IMG/VR virus record: IMGVR_UViG_3300021600_000393
Span: 1 to 64,000 of that record
Source of the DNA: a virus
Taxonomy: Duplodnaviria > Caudoviricetes
Length of the DNA stretch: 64,000 nucleotides
Strand: one strand, 5' to 3'
This document shows, piece by piece, positions 62,019-64,000 of the stretch. The notes below the pieces were generated by a model. The model searched no databases, had not been told where the DNA came from, and saw nothing but the letters and a program-made list of their open reading frames with translations. The position numbers and the translations under genes were made by a program. Each line of letters begins with the position of its first letter. Within the stretch, counting starts at the first letter, position 1.

Positions 62019-63146
62019 ATGTCAATTATCGCAGAACCGCAAAGAACGGAACTTTATACAAGATTGAGGCATTTACTTGGTGCTCCTCTTAGAAGTGTTG
62101 AATTAGAAGATGAGCAATTAGATTCTTTTTTACAATTATCGATTGATGATTATTCACAATATGTTCAAGACTGGTTAATTGACTCACAATGGGCATCTTT
62201 GGATAATCTTAATTTATCAACACAATCATTATCTAAAGCTTTTTTAACTAAAAGTTTAAATTATGAACAACGTTATTCCTACGCATATTCAAAAATAGTT
62301 GGGTTACAAGCCGGTGGAGATTCGGTCTTAAAAAAAGACTATATTGTTTTAGAAGCAAATCAACAAATTTATGAAATCCCAGCTGGGAGAGAAATTAATG
62401 AATTATTATGGTTTTCTCCATCGGAATTAAACAACGCAATGTTTGACCCTTGGTCTTTTGGGTCATTGGGAGCTGGTGGGGGATTAGGTGGTGGAGGTGG
62501 ATTGGCTCAACCGGCCGGTATGGGTGGTGGGTATTTTATGATGCCGGCATTTGATATGTTGTTAAGAATGCAAGAGATTAACATTCAACGAAGAATTATT
62601 GCCGGAGACTTAACATATAGAATAACCGCATTACCTGATGGTAAAAAAGCAATTCATTTAATGAACACTCCAGGTGGTAAATTTGATTTTGGTAACGGAA
62701 CTTTAACTAAAGGTAAAGTTTGGTATTGGTATTATGATGTTGGTCCAGACGATAGAGACAAATGTTTAAAAATGAATCCAGATATTATTAAATTACCATC
62801 AGACGTACCAATGGATAAAATTTACTGGGAAGAACTTAATAGTCCATCCCAAATTTGGATTCGTCGTTGGTTTTTTGCATACGCAAAAGAAGCTCTTGGA
62901 AGAATTCGTGGTAAATTTAGTGGTAATTTAAAAACGCCGGATAGTGAACTAACTATGGATTACGCATCGTTATTTACGGAAGCTAAAGATGAAAAACTTA
63001 AATTATTAGAAGAGTTAATTGGGGTTGAAGGTAGATTAACAAGACTAAGGCCAGAAAAAGTTATGGAAAGAGAGGCATTAATTGCAAAATCTTTAAACGA
63101 CCAAATGAAATTTAGAGCGTTTCCAAGACAAATTTATGTAATTTAA
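62019..63146 (+). CDS. gp13: Neck protein (T4 gp13-like head-tail adaptor)
   Basis: LGAPLRSVELEDEQLD and WIRRWFFAYAKEALGRIRGKF...EAKDE motifs. Confidence 0.8.
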   Translation: MSIIAEPQRTELYTRLRHLLGAPLRSVELEDEQLDSFLQLSIDDYSQYVQDWLIDSQWASLDNLNLSTQSLSKAFLTKSLNYEQRYSYAYSKIVGLQAGGDSVLKKDYIVLEANQQIYEIPAGREINELLWFSPSELNNAMFDPWSFGSLGAGGGLGGGGGLAQPAGMGGGYFMMPAFDMLLRMQEINIQRRIIAGDLTYRITALPDGKKAIHLMNTPGGKFDFGNGTLTKGKVWYWYYDVGPDDRDKCLKMNPDIIKLPSDVPMDKIYWEELNSPSQIWIRRWFFAYAKEALGRIRGKFSGNLKTPDSELTMDYASLFTEAKDEKLKLLEELIGVEGRLTRLRPEKVMEREALIAKSLNDQMKFRAFPRQIYVI

Positions 63147-63158
63147 AAAAATAAAAAT

Positions 63159-63518
63159 ATGAGTATAATTAAAAAAGGGAATTTTATAAGAAAAACAATT
63201 GGTGAAAAACAATTTAAAGTTGATTCTGCTGTAGATGAAGGTAAAAAATTTATAACTGAAGAAGTTTATAATACTAATGGTGAGTATCTGTTAGTGATAA
63301 AAAACGTTGACACATGTAGAGTTACTTTAGATTCGGACACAACTGACCATATTATAATTAAAGCGTTAACAGGGACCTATATTGTTCCAAAACAAGGGTT
63401 AATTGATGACCAATATGGTGAAATTTTTATTGATAAAGGAGCGTGTGTTGAATTTTATTCGTTAGAAAATCAATGGTTTATTGTATCTTCAGATGGACTT
63501 AAACTAGACGAAAACTAA
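63159..63518 (+). CDS. Hypothetical protein
   Basis: 119-aa ORF downstream of the neck gene. Confidence 0.6.
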   Translation: MSIIKKGNFIRKTIGEKQFKVDSAVDEGKKFITEEVYNTNGEYLLVIKNVDTCRVTLDSDTTDHIIIKALTGTYIVPKQGLIDDQYGEIFIDKGACVEFYSLENQWFIVSSDGLKLDEN

Positions 63519-63519
63519 T

Positions 63520-64000
63520 TTAAAACTCCGAATAAAAAACTTTACCTCGGTCTACAAAATCCTCGGTATTTTCGTTAAATTCTAATTGAATATTATTATC
63601 AATAGGGTTAAAAATAAATTTACCAAAAGACCCTTCATTTATTTCCCACCCACTATAAAAATTACCTAAACTCTCATATAAAAAATTCTCAACATCATTA
63701 TCGTAATTTACGTCTAACAATCCATTATTTTCATCATAAACTGACGTTTCTATATCACCACTATCTCCACCACCATTAAATTCAACATAAGCGATAGGAA
63801 TACTTAATTCTGTTAACAGTTTCATAAATTTTACAACCCCTTCATTATCTTCAAAATCAGTAAAATCATATTCAGTTCCGGATTCTCTTGTGCCATAAAC
63901 TCTTTCATTTAAAGTAATTAATATTTTACATTCTACCGCGTCAATATTAATGTCTAATTCGCCACTATTATCACAATCAGAAAAAGATTTTGAAGATAAT
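63520..64000 (-). CDS. Hypothetical protein (5' end beyond the window)
   Basis: The frame of the 101-aa track ORF stays open to the window end. Contains VEFNGGGDSGDIE. Confidence 0.6.
   Translation of the reverse strand, partial: LSSKSFSDCDNSGELDINIDAVECKILITLNERVYGTRESGTEYDFTDFEDNEGVVKFMKLLTELSIPIAYVEFNGGGDSGDIETSVYDENNGLLDVNYDNDVENFLYESLGNFYSGWEINEGSFGKFIFNPIDNNIQLEFNENTEDFVDRGKVFYSEF

Noticed and set aside
1-64000. Alternative genetic code (stop codon reassignment), tRNA genes, DGR reverse transcriptase
   Set aside because: Long ORFs tile the window under the standard code and TAG acts as a stop (e.g. 1231, 30068). No tRNA-like intergenic sequence or RT gene was recognised. The 1181/1581 repeat pair is not restricted to adenine substitutions.

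Overview
AT-rich, gene-dense segment of a large T4-like (myovirus, contractile-tail) bacteriophage genome in the standard genetic code. The host is probably a Bacteroidota member, inferred from SprB-like repeats, a DUF5018-like Ig domain and the lack of Shine-Dalgarno motifs. The minus strand carries neck/tail genes (gp14- and gp15-like, sheath, tube, gp26-like chaperone, tape measure), giant baseplate/hub and fibre proteins, and an embedded replication and nucleotide-metabolism module (SSB, RecA/UvsX, HNH, RNase H/5'-exonuclease, DnaB helicase, nrdB, nrdA). The plus strand at the right end carries an SNF2 helicase, a Mn-SOD fusion and a gp13-like neck protein. Main observations: (1) a probable +1 ribosomal frameshift (TTT_TTT_CGG) between the tail chaperone and an unannotated ORF before the tape measure gene; (2) a shared N-terminal leader ending in L/I-x-E on unrelated enzymes (SOD fusion, HAD phosphatase, HExxH peptidase, others), suggesting a capsid-targeting cargo system; (3) a recurrent sense-strand TATTTAT upstream motif; (4) [ST]-G-x-T motifs and mucin-like Pro/Thr repeats throughout virion proteins; (5) a stranded relic of a replaced fibre C-terminus; (6) three small ORFs missed by the ORF track (two RHH-like, one zinc-finger-like). 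All family assignments come from motif recognition by eye; no database searches were run.
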